64,000 nucleotides of DNA, from positions 224,001-288,000 of the forward strand of contig CAVSGP010000002.1 in assembly GCA_963727505.1 (NCBI GenBank). Direction: 5' to 3'. A program made the position numbers and the translations under genes. Under the pieces are notes generated by a model. The model did no database searches and was not told the origin of the DNA. It worked only from the letters and a program-made list of their open reading frames with translations. The stretch's first letter is position 1, and every line of letters starts with the position of its first letter. Positions 18,622 through 27,621 of this stretch are shown in pieces. Source of the stretch: an uncultured Trueperaceae bacterium. GTDB lineage: Bacteria; Deinococcota; Deinococci; Deinococcales; Trueperaceae.

Positions 18622-18748
18622 GCGAGCGCGGCCGAGCGAGCGCGGCCGAGCCGCCGCGCACACCGTCCGAACGCCCATCCCGCAGCGTCGTGCGCGGCCC
18701 GCCTGGGAAGGAAACAGTCGCGGTGGTGTGGCGGCGGTGGTGTGGCGG
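18620..18748. repeat. Two separate 14-bp tandem duplications
   Basis: GAGCGAGCGCGGCC x2 (18620-18647) and CGGTGGTGTGGCGG x2 (18721-18748). Confidence 0.85.
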
Positions 18749-18820
18749 CGTCGGCACGGCGCCCCTCCACCGGCCACGGTAGACTCGGGACCACGCAACG
18801 AATCGCTAGGAGGAAGCGCG

Positions 18821-19510
18821 ATGCGCCACCTGGACTCGAACCGAAGCCCGATGGACCGCCCGCAAGCCCGTGTGTTGGCTCAGGCTCAGATCCGAGCCCG
18901 TGCCCGCAACCTCCGCCGAGCGACCCTCGTCGGGCTCTGTTTCGCCCTGCTCGCTCCCGCCTGGGCGGCAGCCCAGACCTTCACGGTCGTGACCGACCGG
19001 AGCCAGGCCAGCTACACCGTCAGCGAGAAGGTGGTGGGGCTGTCGCTGCCCCGCGACGCGGTCGGGGTCACCAAGCTCGTTACCGGCACGGTCGTCCTCG
19101 CGGCCGACGGCAGTGTCGCGGAGGGCTCCAAGCTCACGGTCGACCTTCGCGGCCTGACGAGCGACGCCGCCCGCCGCGACCGCTTCATCCAGGGCAACAC
19201 CCTGGAGACCGCGACCTACCCCGAAGCAGTGCTGGTGCCGACCGAGCTCCGGGGCCTGCCGTCGCCGCTGCCCACGAGCGGCAGCGTGAGCTTCCAGATC
19301 GTCGGCGACTTCACCGTCCATGGCACCACGAAGACGGTGACCTGGGACGCAACCGGTGACTTCTCGGCCGACGCCGTGACCGTCAAGGCCACCGCCGACG
19401 TGACCTTCGACGACTTCGGGTTGCGGCGGCCTGTGGTCGGGCCGATCCTGGCGGTCTCGGACCCTATCCACCTCGAGGTGGACGCCACCCTCCAGCGCAC
19501 CGCCAACTGA
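18821..19510 (+). CDS. YceI family protein (secreted)
   Basis: SD AGGAGG. VDL..LTSD...RD, LET..YP, GDFTVHGTTK.VTWD. Confidence 0.88.
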   Translation: MRHLDSNRSPMDRPQARVLAQAQIRARARNLRRATLVGLCFALLAPAWAAAQTFTVVTDRSQASYTVSEKVVGLSLPRDAVGVTKLVTGTVVLAADGSVAEGSKLTVDLRGLTSDAARRDRFIQGNTLETATYPEAVLVPTELRGLPSPLPTSGSVSFQIVGDFTVHGTTKTVTWDATGDFSADAVTVKATADVTFDDFGLRRPVVGPILAVSDPIHLEVDATLQRTAN

Positions 19511-19709
19511 GCGCAACGCCGAGCACGACCGCGTGCGCGCAACAGCGTGCGCGTCGGGGGCCCGGCGAGGGGGTCCGCCGCGCCACCGTGTGCGCTACGC
19601 TGCACGCTTCTGCGCCGGCGCGGCTAGTCTGGGGGGCCGAACCCGCAGGCGCAGCCGGCACCACGTCGGCGCCCGCCGCGGGCCGCAGCAGCAGACACGG
19701 GAGGTCTTC

Positions 19710-20177
19710 ATGGCCATCCATCTCACGGTGAACATCCGTCGACCGAGCGGCGAGGTGTTCGACTACATCTCGGACCTCGGGCGGTTGTCGACCTGGCACC
19801 ACGCTATCGACTCGGTCGAGAAGATCACCGGCGGAGACAACGGTACCGGCGCCACCTACCAGGTGAAGCGCACACTCCCCAGTGGGCACGTCGAGAACCG
19901 CGTCAGCGTCACCGAGTTCGACCCCGCGAAGCGCTTCACCATCGAGAGCCAACCCGGCCCGAAACCGTTCGCCTACCGCTTCCGGCTGGCATCCACGCCC
20001 CAGGGCACGCGCGTCGACGTCGATGCAAGCCGTGACGGCCTCGATCTCGATCGCACGCCGACCGTCCCTCCCGCCCTGGCCTCGGCGCTGTTCCAGCGCC
20101 GCATGGCGGAGAGTCTGAGGCGCCTGAAGCACGAGCTCGAACGCGAGAAGCCGGCCGACGCCTGGCCCGTGAGCTAG
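19710..20177 (+). CDS. SRPBCC (polyketide cyclase/dehydrase-like) family protein
   Basis: SD GGAGG. I.RP..EVFDYISD...W, VTEFDP.KRF, C-terminal helix LRRLK..LE. Confidence 0.85.
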   Translation: MAIHLTVNIRRPSGEVFDYISDLGRLSTWHHAIDSVEKITGGDNGTGATYQVKRTLPSGHVENRVSVTEFDPAKRFTIESQPGPKPFAYRFRLASTPQGTRVDVDASRDGLDLDRTPTVPPALASALFQRRMAESLRRLKHELEREKPADAWPVS

Positions 20178-20355
20178 GCGCACCGGCCCCAACCCCATCC
20201 CGAAGTCCCTTCTTGAAAGCCCCTTCCGCCGTGCGGGTCAGTACCCGCGCGCATGATGTCCGTCGGGCCACCGGCGGGCCCTCCTTGGCATGGCACGGTG
20301 GTCGGTCGGAGACCGGCGGACGACCGCCGATACGTCCATGCCGAGGAGGGTCCCC

Positions 20356-21312
20356 ATGCCGCAGCACACCGAATCACAACACTGGCAGCGGCAGCGTCCG
20401 CGGCGCGCGTGGAGGGCAGCCTCGCGCCAGAGGCTGTGGCAGGGCCTCGTGGATCTCGTCCGACACGAGGGGGTCAACGCCTTCCTGCTCACAGCGGGCG
20501 CACTGGTGAACGCGCTGGCGTTCGATGTGTTCCTGGCGCCCGGGCACGTGGCGCCGGGAGGCCTGACCGGCCTGACGCTGGTGGTGACCCGCTGGTTGCC
20601 GTTCCCGAACGGCCTCGTGCTGTTGGTGCTCAACATCCCGCTGCTCGTGCTCGGCGCTTGGCAGCTCGGCGGAGCGAAGTTCTTCGCGCGCACGGTCTAC
20701 GTCATCGCCGTGACGGTCGTCGCCATCGACGGTTTCGCCCCCTTCGTGCCCGACGGAGGAGCCAGCCACGATCCGCTCCTGAACGCTCTCTACGGGGGCG
20801 CCGTCACCGGCATCGCAGCGGGGCTGGTGATCCGGGCGCGCGGCAACATCGGGGGGACCGGTATCCTCAGCCGCTTGCTGCAGCGGCGCACCGGCGTCCC
20901 GATGGGACAGGTCTACCTCATGACCGACGGTGCCATCGTGCTGCTCCTGGGCGCTGTCTTCGGCTGGGAGCGGGCGCTCTACTCGCTGGTGGCGCTGTTC
21001 GTGAACGGCATGGCGACCGATTACGCCACCGAGGGCCCCTCGCTGGTGCGCACCGTGTTCATCGTGACCGACCGTCCCAGCGACGTTGCCGCGGCGCTTC
21101 AGCAGCGCCTGCGCAGCGGCGTCACTGCCTGGCGCGGCGAAGGGATGTACCGGGGCGGACAACGCACGGTGCTGTTCTGCACGGTGAACCGTGCCGAGGT
21201 GCGCGAGGTCACGCAGGTGGTGCGCGAGACGGACCACCACGGCTTCCTGGTGGTGGGCCAGGGGCACAAGGCGCTGGGGGGCACGATCGGCAAGAGCGAC
21301 AGCGCCGGCTGA
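20356..21312 (+). CDS. YitT family membrane protein (copy 1)
   Basis: SD GAGGAGG. APGGLTGL, LNIPL, GGTGIL, GVT...GEGMY, D..GFLVV. Confidence 0.92.
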   Translation: MPQHTESQHWQRQRPRRAWRAASRQRLWQGLVDLVRHEGVNAFLLTAGALVNALAFDVFLAPGHVAPGGLTGLTLVVTRWLPFPNGLVLLVLNIPLLVLGAWQLGGAKFFARTVYVIAVTVVAIDGFAPFVPDGGASHDPLLNALYGGAVTGIAAGLVIRARGNIGGTGILSRLLQRRTGVPMGQVYLMTDGAIVLLLGAVFGWERALYSLVALFVNGMATDYATEGPSLVRTVFIVTDRPSDVAAALQQRLRSGVTAWRGEGMYRGGQRTVLFCTVNRAEVREVTQVVRETDHHGFLVVGQGHKALGGTIGKSDSAG

Positions 21313-21321
21313 GGGAGCGGT

Positions 21322-21984
21322 CTAGCTGCCTTGGGCGAGCAGGTGACGCACGTCCTTCACGATGTGTTCGGGGTGGGAGGCGAGGTCATCGCCGCCGTAG
21401 ATCAACCGCAGGCGTCGTTGCGGGTCCAACACGTAGACCGACGCCGTGTGACGCATGAAGTAGGCGTCCGGGCCGGTCTGGTCCGTCTTCTGGTAGCTCA
21501 CGAAGAACTGCTTCGCCACCGCGGCGATAGCTTCGGGCGAACCGGTCAGCCCGCGGAATGCCGGCGAGAACGCATGTGCATAGGTGGCCATCACCTCCGG
21601 CGTGTCGCGCTCCGGATCCACCGAGATCATGGCCACCGCGACGCGGCCGCGGTCCCTGGCCGGCAGCGAGGCATGGATCTTTGCTAGCTGCATCATCTCC
21701 GTCGGACACACGTCGGGGCAATGGGTGTAGCCGAAGAACAGCATCACGACGTCGCCGTCGAAGTCCGACAGGTGGACGGGCCCGGACCCGCTCAGCAACG
21801 TGAAGTCCGTGGCAACCGTGGGGTTGGAGAGCGGCTCGCTGAGGTACGTGTAGGGAACCGGCCGCACCACGTCCCACACGACGAGCACGGCGACCACCGT
21901 CAACAGCACGCCCACGAGGATCCAGAGCGGCCGCCGCGGCGCGCGTGGCTCCGCGACGGCCCCGGGGTCAACGGGCTCGGGCAT
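21322..21984 (-). CDS. SCO family copper chaperone
   Basis: FFGYTHCPDVCP, SVDPERD, conserved His (MRHTA), N-terminal TM. Confidence 0.95.
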   Translation of the reverse strand: MPEPVDPGAVAEPRAPRRPLWILVGVLLTVVAVLVVWDVVRPVPYTYLSEPLSNPTVATDFTLLSGSGPVHLSDFDGDVVMLFFGYTHCPDVCPTEMMQLAKIHASLPARDRGRVAVAMISVDPERDTPEVMATYAHAFSPAFRGLTGSPEAIAAVAKQFFVSYQKTDQTGPDAYFMRHTASVYVLDPQRRLRLIYGGDDLASHPEHIVKDVRHLLAQGS

Positions 21985-22002
21985 GGTTCACCTCGACAGT
22001 CC

Positions 22003-22506
22003 TCACTTCCGCAGGACCGGTACGCTCACCGTGAGCGGGGCAGCGCCCTCGAACTGGAGGGTGATCTCGACATCGGCCCCTTCGGTCAGCGGGCCGTTCA
22101 ACCCCATCAACATCAGGTGGTCACCGCCCGGTTGCAGGGTCCGTCGGCCGTGCGCCGGGATGCTCAGCGCGTCCACCTTCACCATCGACACGACCGGCCC
22201 GGAGGGTGAACCCGTGTCCTCCTTGCGCGTCGTCATCGGCATGCACGACACCGCCAGGCCGGTGGTCGCCCCCACCAGCCGAACGACGCGGTCGGTCGGG
22301 TTGACGAGCACGCCGTAGAGCGCGGTGTTCGGAACAGGGGCGGGGATCCAGCGCACCCAGGCGTCTTCGAGCTTCAATGCCGGCGTCGCTACTGGTGTCG
22401 CTGCCGGTGTCGCTGCCGGTGTCGCTGCCAGCGTCGCCGACAGGACCATCAGGACCGCCGACCATGCCAGCCCGCGGGCTGCCACGGCCGTCCTTCGATG
22501 CCTCAT
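22003..22506 (-). CDS. Copper chaperone PCu(A)C
   Basis: DAWVR, M...M...L.PGGDHLMLMGL. ATPA repeats after the signal peptide. Leaderless TAGAGT-N7-ATG. Confidence 0.9.
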   Translation of the reverse strand: MRHRRTAVAARGLAWSAVLMVLSATLAATPAATPAATPVATPALKLEDAWVRWIPAPVPNTALYGVLVNPTDRVVRLVGATTGLAVSCMPMTTRKEDTGSPSGPVVSMVKVDALSIPAHGRRTLQPGGDHLMLMGLNGPLTEGADVEITLQFEGAAPLTVSVPVLRK

Positions 22507-22625
22507 GCATGGCACTCTACCGCGGTGGTTCGACCTTCGGGCACGGTCGCGCCCACCGGCCTTCAAGCGTCCGTCGTCCGCGTGCGGCGGGCCCCAGCAT
22601 GACACCGCCCGCGGGACCCAGCGCC

Positions 22626-22684
22626 CCGGCCGCACCGGCCGCACCGGCCGCACCGGCCGCCCCGGCCGCACTGGCCGCACCGGC
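22626..22684. repeat. 9-bp VNTR (CCGGCCGCA) x6.5, intergenic
   Basis: Four perfect copies, two single-mismatch copies and a partial copy. Confidence 0.95.
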
Positions 22685-22748
22685 GAGCGCGCGGACACGA
22701 GTGGCTCAGCTCATGGGACGCCGTCGGGGCCGACCGTACGATCGGTGC

Positions 22749-23258
22749 ATGCCGCTCCGCCTCCCGCTCCGGTACCCCTGGCGCAGGCTCGTCATCGCAA
22801 CGGCCACAGGCCTGCTCGCGACGAGCCTCTTGCTGGCCGGCTGCAACGTCGTGCCGCCACCGAGCCAGGCGTCGGAGTTGCTGAGCCTGGTCAATCAGGC
22901 GCGCAGCTCGGCACGGTCGTGCGGCAGCACGCCCTACGCAGCCGCCCCGCCCCTGGCGCTCGATGCCCGTCTCACGCGCGCCGCACAACTCCACAGCCTC
23001 GACATGCAAACGTCCGGGACGTTCAGCCACACGAGCTCCGACGGTCGTACGCTCGCCGACCGCGTGAACGCTCAGGGTTACACCTGGCGCCGCATCGGCG
23101 AGGACATCGCCGCGGGCTTCTCCACGTCCCAGGCGGTCGTACAGGCGTGGCTCAAGAGTCCGGGCCACTGCGCCAACATCATGGACCCGAGCTTCCAGGA
23201 CCTCGGCACGGGCGTTGCCGGCACCTACTGGACGCTCGACTTCGCAACGCCGCGCTGA
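22749..23258 (+). CDS. CAP (SCP) domain lipoprotein
   Basis: Lipobox LAGC. HSLDM..FSH, GEDIAAG, WLKSPGHCANIM. Leaderless TACGAT-N6-ATG. Confidence 0.92.
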   Translation: MPLRLPLRYPWRRLVIATATGLLATSLLLAGCNVVPPPSQASELLSLVNQARSSARSCGSTPYAAAPPLALDARLTRAAQLHSLDMQTSGTFSHTSSDGRTLADRVNAQGYTWRRIGEDIAAGFSTSQAVVQAWLKSPGHCANIMDPSFQDLGTGVAGTYWTLDFATPR

Positions 23259-23339
23259 GCCGTCCGCGGCGCGCACCGGCGGGGCCCCACCCGGGGCCCC
23301 ACCCTCGGTGGTGCGCGTAGCACGCGGCATGGATGCCCC

Positions 23340-23441
23340 GAGCGTTCCAAGGACCGCATGCGCGCCGAGTACGACGCCCGGACCTGGCTCAAGGCGGAGC
23401 TCGAGATCCGCATGCTCCACGAGAAGCTCGACCACGCCATC
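23340..23441 (+). pseudogene. C-terminal relic of a DUF1003-family membrane protein
   Basis: KDRMRAEYDARTWLKAELEIRMLHEKLDH matches the DUF1003 tail as I recall it (KDR.RAE.DY..NLKAELEI..LHEK.D). No upstream TM part. Confidence 0.65.
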
Positions 23442-23592
23442 CGGTGCGGCCTGCTGCGGTCGTCGGTGAGCGAGCGGCCGCTAGCACGCCGCAACCGCGC
23501 ACGAGACCCTCACCGCTGCGGTAGCGTAGCCCAGTGCTGGCGGGGCGCGGCGACCGCCCCCGTCCGCACAGCCCCGCGCCCGGAGGATCGCG

Positions 23593-24591
23593 ATGAAGTC
23601 AGACCCCGAGCAACGTTCCGCGGAAGGACCGGAGGGCGCGGGTTCGGCGAGCGACCGGCTCGAGCCCGTCGCACCACCGTCGGCCAGACGCACCGATGCC
23701 GTGCTCCGCGCGACCCGGCGCAAGCTGACCGTCCTCTTCCGTCAGGAAGGCGGGAACGTCATCCTGATGACCGTCGGCGCGCTGCTCTACGCCGCCGCCT
23801 TCGACCTCTTCCTGGTCCCCAGCAACGTGGCGCCCGGCGGGCTGGGTGGGCTGACGCTCGTTATCACCCACTACCTGCCGCTGCCGAACGGCGTCGTGCT
23901 GTTCGTGCTGAACATCCCCCTGTTGCTGATCGGGGCGTGGCAGCTCGGCGGCCCGCCCTTCCTGGCCCGTACGCTCTACGTCGTCACCGCCGTCTTCATC
24001 GGCATCGACGCGTTGGCGCCCTACCTGCCGCGCGAGGGCGCGAGCCACGACCCCCTGCTCAACGCGCTGTACGGCGGGGCGCTCACCGGCATCGCCGGCG
24101 GGCTGGTCATCCGGGCGCACGGCAACATCGGCGGCACCGGCATCCTCAGCCGCGTGCTGCAGCGCCGCACCGGCATCCCGATGGGTCAGGTCTACATGGT
24201 GACCGACGGCATCATCGTGGCGCTGATGGGTGCGGCGTTCGGGTGGGACCGCGCGCTGTACTCGCTCGTCGCACTGTTCGTCAACGGCCTGGCCACCGAC
24301 TACGCGACCGAGGGCCCGTCCATCATCCGAACGGTGTTCATCGTGACCGACCGGCCCGAGGACATCGCCGCAGCGCTGCAGATGCGCATGCATACCGGCG
24401 TCACCGCCTGGCGCGGCGAAGGCATGTACAGCCGCGGCGAGCGCACGGTGCTCTTCTGCACCATCAACCGCACCGAGGTGCGCGAGCTGACTGGCATCGT
24501 GCGCGAGATCGACCACAAAGGCTTCCTGGTGGTCGGGCAGGGCCATCGGGCGCGCGGCGGAACGATCGGCAAGAGCAACAGCCCGGGGTAA
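23593..24591 (+). CDS. YitT family membrane protein (copy 2)
   Basis: Same motifs as copy 1 with long identical stretches. SD GGAGG. Confidence 0.92.
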   Translation: MKSDPEQRSAEGPEGAGSASDRLEPVAPPSARRTDAVLRATRRKLTVLFRQEGGNVILMTVGALLYAAAFDLFLVPSNVAPGGLGGLTLVITHYLPLPNGVVLFVLNIPLLLIGAWQLGGPPFLARTLYVVTAVFIGIDALAPYLPREGASHDPLLNALYGGALTGIAGGLVIRAHGNIGGTGILSRVLQRRTGIPMGQVYMVTDGIIVALMGAAFGWDRALYSLVALFVNGLATDYATEGPSIIRTVFIVTDRPEDIAAALQMRMHTGVTAWRGEGMYSRGERTVLFCTINRTEVRELTGIVREIDHKGFLVVGQGHRARGGTIGKSNSPG

Positions 24592-24616
24592 GCGGCCGAC
24601 CCCGTATCATCGGAAC

Positions 24617-25249
24617 GTGAGCGACCCGTCCGAGCTTCTCGAACGCAACCGCGCCTGGGCCGGGCGCGTGGTCGGCGAGGACGCCGGCTACTTCCACCGC
24701 CTCGCCGCCCAGCAGAAACCCCGCTACCTGTGGATCGGCTGCGCCGACTCGCGCGTGCCGGCGAACGTCATCGCCGGGCTCGATCCCGGCGAGGTGTTCG
24801 TCCACCGCAACATCGCCAACGTCTTCTCCCACACCGATCTCAACGCCCTGACGGTGCTGGAGTACGCCGTGTCGGTGCTCCGGGTCGAGCACATCATCGT
24901 GTGCGGCCACTACGGCTGCGGCGGGGTGGGAGCCGCGCTCGACCAGCAGCGGCACGGCCTCATCGACAACTGGCTGCGCCTCATCAAGGACGTCGCGGCC
25001 AAGCACGAGCACACGCTGGCGGAAGCGCCCGACGACGCCGCGCGGGCCGACCGGCTGGCCGAACTCAACGCCGTCGAGCAGACCCGCAATGTCTGCACCA
25101 CCAGCATCGTCCAGGAGGCGTGGGCGCGCGGGCAGGCGCTCACCGTGCGCGCCTGGGTCTACGGCCTCAGCGACGGTCTGCTACGCGACCTGGGGTTCGT
25201 GGTGCGCGGCCCCGAAGAGGTCGACGCAGCGCACCGGCTCACGGTGTAG
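24617..25249 (+). CDS. can: Beta-class carbonic anhydrase
   Basis: WIGCADSRVP, FVHRNIAN, CGHYGCGG. Leaderless TATCAT-N6-GTG. Confidence 0.95.
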   Translation: MSDPSELLERNRAWAGRVVGEDAGYFHRLAAQQKPRYLWIGCADSRVPANVIAGLDPGEVFVHRNIANVFSHTDLNALTVLEYAVSVLRVEHIIVCGHYGCGGVGAALDQQRHGLIDNWLRLIKDVAAKHEHTLAEAPDDAARADRLAELNAVEQTRNVCTTSIVQEAWARGQALTVRAWVYGLSDGLLRDLGFVVRGPEEVDAAHRLTV

Positions 25250-25254
25250 CGCCT

Positions 25255-25707
25255 TCAGGCGCCCGTCGGTGGGCGCTGGTTGGCAAGAAGGTCGCGGATC
25301 TCGGTCAGCAGCCGTTCCTCGGCGGGCAGCGGGGGTGGCTCGACAGGTTCGGACGGCTCCGTGCGCTTCTCGGACCGACGTTTCATCTCGTTGAAGGAAC
25401 GGATGATCATGAAGAGCACGAACGCGATGAGCAGGAAGTTGATGATCGTGTTCAGGAACGCCCCGTACTGGATGACGGGAGCGCCGGCCGCCACCGCATC
25501 CTTGACCGAAGCGTAGGTACCTCCGCCCTTCAGGATGACTCCCAGGTTGCCGAAGTCGACGCCACCGAGCGCCAGGCCGACCACCGGCATGATCACCTGG
25601 TTGACGAGCGACGTGGTGATGGCCCCGAACGCGGCGCCGATGATGACGGCGACCGCCAGGTCCAGCACATTGCCGCGACTGACGAACTCGCGGAACTCCT
25701 TGAGCAT
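25255..25707 (-). CDS. mscL: Large-conductance mechanosensitive channel
   Basis: MLKEFREF..RGNVLDLAVAVIIGAAF...LLTEIRDLL. Confidence 0.97.
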   Translation of the reverse strand: MLKEFREFVSRGNVLDLAVAVIIGAAFGAITTSLVNQVIMPVVGLALGGVDFGNLGVILKGGGTYASVKDAVAAGAPVIQYGAFLNTIINFLLIAFVLFMIIRSFNEMKRRSEKRTEPSEPVEPPPLPAEERLLTEIRDLLANQRPPTGA

Positions 25708-25999
25708 GACGTCCTCCCTTGGGCCTTCACGATCACTCTACGCGAGTCGGAGACTCGGCACTGCCGTGGCCCGAAGCCGACGCCGACTCCGGGCGGGACG
25801 GTGTCCCGCCCGGACACGTGTAGCGCACGGGAGCTTGCTTCCATTCGGAACCGGTAGCATCGTGTGCGGGATCCAAACGGTCCCGGTAGAGGGCCCACGT
25901 GAAGCACATCCCCAACGACCAACCCGGACGGTCCCGTCGCGCCATGCGCGTGGTGGCGGCAGATCCCCTTGACCGCGCGCGACGGCTCGATCGCGCCGG

Positions 26000-27331
26000 A
26001 TGAACACGCCGAGCGGCTCGCCGCCCTACACGCCCCGCGGCTGGCGCCGCCTCGACCCCGTGGCTCGCGGGCTGATGTCGGCCCGGTTCCTGCGCAGCAT
26101 GGCGCAGGGCGCGCTGGTGGTCGACTTCGTGCTGTACCTCAAGGCGCTCGGTTGGGGCGCCCCGACCATCGGCCTCCTGCTCGGCGCGACCGGCGTGGTC
26201 GGCGCGGCGCTGCTGCTCGCCGCCGGCATGCTGAGCGACCGCTTCGGACGCAGGCCGTTCCTGATGGGCTACCAGCTCGCTTCTGCGGCCGGCGCGTTGG
26301 CCGTCGTCGTCTTCCCCCACTCCTGGGTCCTCGTGCTGACCGCGGTCTTGCTGGGCTACGGCCGCGGCGCCAACGGGGCGGCCGGGCCATTCGCGCCGGT
26401 GGAACAGGCATGGCTGGCGGCGAGCGTGTCGCCGGCGGCGCGCAGCCAGGCCTTCAGCCTCAACGCGGCCCTGGGGTTCCTCGGTATGGGCTTCGGCACC
26501 CTCATCGGCTCGGCCGTGCCGCTGTTCGAGCGCTTCCTGGCCGGCCCCGCGGCCTACGAGCCGCTGTTCGTGCTCAACCTGGTGGTTGCGCTCATCACCA
26601 CCTGGATGATCGCCCGACTGCGCGAGCCGCCCCGCCGCGCGACGCAACCGGCGAGCGAGGCGTCGATCCAGGCCGCGACGGGTGTCCCCGACCCCGCGAT
26701 GGCGGTCCGCGCGGAGAAGACCGGCCGCGCCCCGGTCGGAGCCGAAGACCCCGCTGGGATGACGCGCCGGGAGAACGTCGCGCTCACGCTGCTGACGGTG
26801 GTCAACTCGGTCAACGCCATCGGCATCGGGCTGATCGGCCCGCTGCTGCCCTACTGGTTCGCGGTGCGCTTCGGGGTAGGCCCTGAAGCCATCGGCTCGG
26901 TCTACGCCGTAACCTTCCTGCTGACCGCCGTGTCCTCGGTGGTGACCGGCGAGATGGGCGCGCGGGTGGGGGTGGTGCGCTCCATCGTCGGGCCGCGAAC
27001 GCTCGGTGTGCTCCTGCTGGTCGCCATGCCGCTCATGCCCGCCTACGGCTGGGCGGCGGCGATCTACGCCGTGCGCTCCATCCTCAACCGCGGCACTGCC
27101 GGGACGCGGCAGGCGTTCAGCATGGCGCTGGTGCGAGACGCGCGCCGGGGGCTGGCAGGTAGCCTCAACGCTCTGTCGTTCCGCCTGCCCTCGGCGGTCG
27201 GCGCGGCGGCGGCCGGTTGGCTGATCGGGCTGGGCTTCCTGGACCTGCCGTTCTTCATCGCCTCCGGCTTCCAGTTCGCCTACGTGGCGCTGTTCGGCAC
27301 GGTCTTGAGACGCTACGAGGACGGCACCTAG
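26000..27331 (+). CDS. MFS transporter
   Basis: About 12 TM segments. Motif A GMLSDRFGRR. Confidence 0.9.
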   Translation: MNTPSGSPPYTPRGWRRLDPVARGLMSARFLRSMAQGALVVDFVLYLKALGWGAPTIGLLLGATGVVGAALLLAAGMLSDRFGRRPFLMGYQLASAAGALAVVVFPHSWVLVLTAVLLGYGRGANGAAGPFAPVEQAWLAASVSPAARSQAFSLNAALGFLGMGFGTLIGSAVPLFERFLAGPAAYEPLFVLNLVVALITTWMIARLREPPRRATQPASEASIQAATGVPDPAMAVRAEKTGRAPVGAEDPAGMTRRENVALTLLTVVNSVNAIGIGLIGPLLPYWFAVRFGVGPEAIGSVYAVTFLLTAVSSVVTGEMGARVGVVRSIVGPRTLGVLLLVAMPLMPAYGWAAAIYAVRSILNRGTAGTRQAFSMALVRDARRGLAGSLNALSFRLPSAVGAAAAGWLIGLGFLDLPFFIASGFQFAYVALFGTVLRRYEDGT

Positions 27332-27621
27332 GGCGCACACCGCCTCGCTCATCGCGAGCCAGGGTCGCGGTCCTTCGAGACCGCGACCCTCTCCCGTCGG
27401 GGCAGGGAGTGTCGGGCCGAGCCGGCGCGCAGGCCCTCCGATCCACACAACCCGGACGTCGCGAGGCGGCGCAGCGAACCGGGCGCATGCGGCGCCAGCG
27501 TGCCGCGTCTTGACGCCGTTCCCTCCCGCCCGCATACTTGACGAACTCGACCCCAGGCATCGACACACCCGCGCCGCGACCCCCTCCGTTCTTCGCGCGC
27601 CAGACCGAAAGGGAGGTCATC

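Noticed and set aside
22381..22684. Repeats considered as a CRISPR array
   Set aside because: Units are 9-12 bp, contiguous and without spacers. No cas genes in the window.
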